From Takakia lepidozioides (Eukaryota; Plantae; Bryophyta), in NCBI GenBank assembly GCA_030704615.1, contig CM060733.1, forward strand, positions 4,774,001 to 4,838,000: a stretch of DNA of 64,000 nt. The letters are read 5' to 3'. Position numbers and translations under genes: made by a program. The first letter of the stretch is position 1. The number at the start of each line of letters is the position of its first letter. The notes beneath the pieces were generated by a model. The model worked only from the letters and a program-made list of their open reading frames with translations. It was not told the DNA's origin and made no database searches. Shown in pieces: positions 61,780 through 64,000 of this stretch.

Positions 61780-63450
61780 TTTATCATTGCTCTATTTTGT
61801 GTGTAGTCCATCAGTTTTACTTCAACTTGCATTTGTATTTTTTCGTTTGTTGACTTCACATGACTTTTGTGAGATCAATGATATTTCAATGATCTTTGTC
61901 TTTTCTTTAACAATTCCCTTCTGTGTTGCCTCCACACAGTTATATTCCAGTGTCCACAATCAAATTCGACAGGAGAAGAAAGAGGAACGGCAGCGTAAGG
62001 CTGAGCGGCGGGACCGCGAGGTTTTACATTTGTCAAGGTCATCAAGTACAGCTACCGGTGAGGTGTCTGGTCATATCTTACATCAATCTCCCATTGTATC
62101 CATCTCCTCGGGTGCACAGAATTCCGCCATCAGTGGTAACCGACGGCGATCTCGAACATATGCGTTGAGTGTGAGCCGTTTGGGAAGCAACTCTGTGTTA
62201 ATGATGAATTAAACTATGGCCGGCCTGTTCATTACACACATACGTTATTTACCTCCGTCAACGTTATGCCAGATCCTTTCGGCTGTAATGTTAGTCATCG
62301 AAGTTTGAGAGAAATCACGCGTGATCGCGCGTGGTTCCTTCATATATCCTCTTGTGGAGCTATCATGGATCAGTAGTGCCATCAGATGTATCAAAACAAG
62401 TTGACTTCATTGTCAGTTTAAGCAATAACAGATCGGGCTGGAGGCTGGAGGTTGGAGGAGAAGAAATTTTCCGATGTTTTTCATATTACGATGGGGAACA
62501 ACTGACACGATCATCGTCTATGACTGAATTCGAGTTCCTATCTCGTAATTCAAGCTCCCACGATGGTCGTCTCATTTGTTCCTGAGCGGATTGTGAAGCT
62601 CTGCTAAAATCTCTCTTCAAATGGATTGAAGTAATTTTGGCGGCTTCGAAATTCCTTCCCTGACCAACTGATGGCCACCTTGTGGTTGATTGAAATCTGG
62701 ATGCACTCGGCTCGTTGTGGTTCTCACTGGTGGTAGAGGCAGAGATCTGTCGCGTGATCACTCGTGGTTCGAAAAGCGGACTTCAGCATCGTCCTGGTTC
62801 TCTAGCTGACTGCCAAAGTGTTATATTACCTCAACAGTGCAACATGTGATTGGTCAGAGTGATGTTTTTCTATGCTCACGAATTCTACAACGAAAATGTT
62901 GTCATTTGAAGATGTGATGATACTGCAGGCATAGGGAGTTACTTCATGTCAGTTACAGCGAGGGAACTCAAGGTATTCAGATAATCCGTCCCGGAATATT
63001 CCACAGCATCATCCTGGATGATTCATTGATGTGTTTTAGAACACGCACTCAAATCATCGAGGCTGATGGTGTCACTTGTTCCCTGGCGGATTGTTCAAGT
63101 ATCTTATAATCCTAGTCTTTAAGTTGTTTGAAGTCATTCTCCCTGCTTGCATAATCCGATCTCCAACAATTGACAACATCCTCGTGGTGTTTTATTTGGT
63201 TCCTATATCCTTCGTTTGGAGATCCATTATTCTTTTGAGGAACACCAACGATTAACATCGCGCGATCACGCGTGCTTTTCTAAGAGCTGACTTGTTCTGA
63301 TGTCCATCATTGCACACCAAAATGGTGTTACGAGGAGGCAAAATGTCAGCAATTGAACGTCAATCTCCAGTGACATCCTCGTCGTTTTCATGTGGACTGG
63401 ACGCCAAAGGAGGAACACCGTCGCTAACAATCTGTGCAAACAATCTCAAC

Positions 63451-63911
63451 AATCATATGTACTCCAAGGTGCTTGATACTGCGTATGTTCATGTAGCTGA
63501 TTTCTATAGGAGTTTTTTTGCTATTCCCATTCCAACAACATCAGGTCCACTGAGACTGCCATATTCCGAAATCGGAATCAGACACCACTTACATGAAACC
63601 ATCAGCTAAGAATGAAATCTCCAGTTCATTCAATCACAGCCCGGAGAAATATCTCAAGCTGCTGGGCAACTACTTGTGGGCCAGGGTGTTTCTCTGGAGT
63701 CGCATACAATGAATCGAAGATCTAGTTGTGAGCTGACATGCAGGTGATGGTTTTATATTGGTCAATGATGGTGGGCCGTGGCTGATACGGGAGTATGAAT
63801 ATGACAGTCTCTGGGGACCTGATACTGTTCGCATGGGAATAGCAAAACGACTACTATACAATTCAGCTACAGGAACAGCAATAGCATCAAACACCTAGCA
63901 GTAAATATGAT
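63451..63911. repeat. Ungapped imperfect inverted repeat (~135 bp arms, ~190 bp spacer)
   Basis: 63468-63567 aligns without gaps to the reverse complement of 63797-63894 at roughly 80% identity; the similarity extends on both sides. Confidence 0.8.
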
Positions 63912-64000
63912 TTTTGACATTGCTTGTGACAGCTCCAATCAGTTAGTTGGTGGTTAGTCAGTTGGAGATTATTTAGTTGGTGATCACTTTACGAGTGCTT

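Larger units (their letters stand above)
40211..63275. promoter_or_regulatory. Dispersed CG-rich palindrome family CACGCGCGATCGCGCGTG (~19 copies)
   Basis: Copies at 40211, 50591, 50700, 50941, 51381, 51588, 52027, 52361, 52553, 54806, 54894, 54981, 56718, 57771, 59815, 60898, 62316, 62750, 63258. The motif is directly visible; a regulatory role is inferred. Confidence 0.6.

Overview
Eukaryotic, intron-rich DNA that looks like a non-seed land plant (bryophyte-like: GT-AG introns, TTTAGGG motifs, plant-type genes and transposons; the taxon is an inference). The left half holds a decayed Mutator-type (MULE/SWIM) transposase, small repeats and MITEs, and two apparently intact host genes. One is a 13-exon HECT E3 ligase with an unusual N-terminal transmembrane + UIM architecture; the other is a large C2H2 zinc-finger gene. 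From ~31.6 kb to the end is a nest of decayed mobile DNA. (1) A Ty3/Gypsy retrotransposon carries a DNMT3-like C5-cytosine methyltransferase between protease and RT and a PHD finger after integrase; an inverted deletion derivative of it lies upstream. (2) A probable very large DNA transposon (DDD transposase of the DNCxxENKN/GHTHEDID, Sola1-like type) has a putative cargo block: an RNA Pol II CTD-like heptad-repeat peptide, three divergent FCP1/SCP-like HAD phosphatase domains, a ParB/Srx-like protein with a degenerate amino-methyltransferase-like region, and possibly a BAH-like/ubiquitin-like gene. About 19 copies of a CG-rich palindrome (CACGCGCGATCGCGCGTG) sit mostly in introns and spacers across this block, including one in the transposase intron. 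All family calls rest on motif recognition by eye, not database searches.
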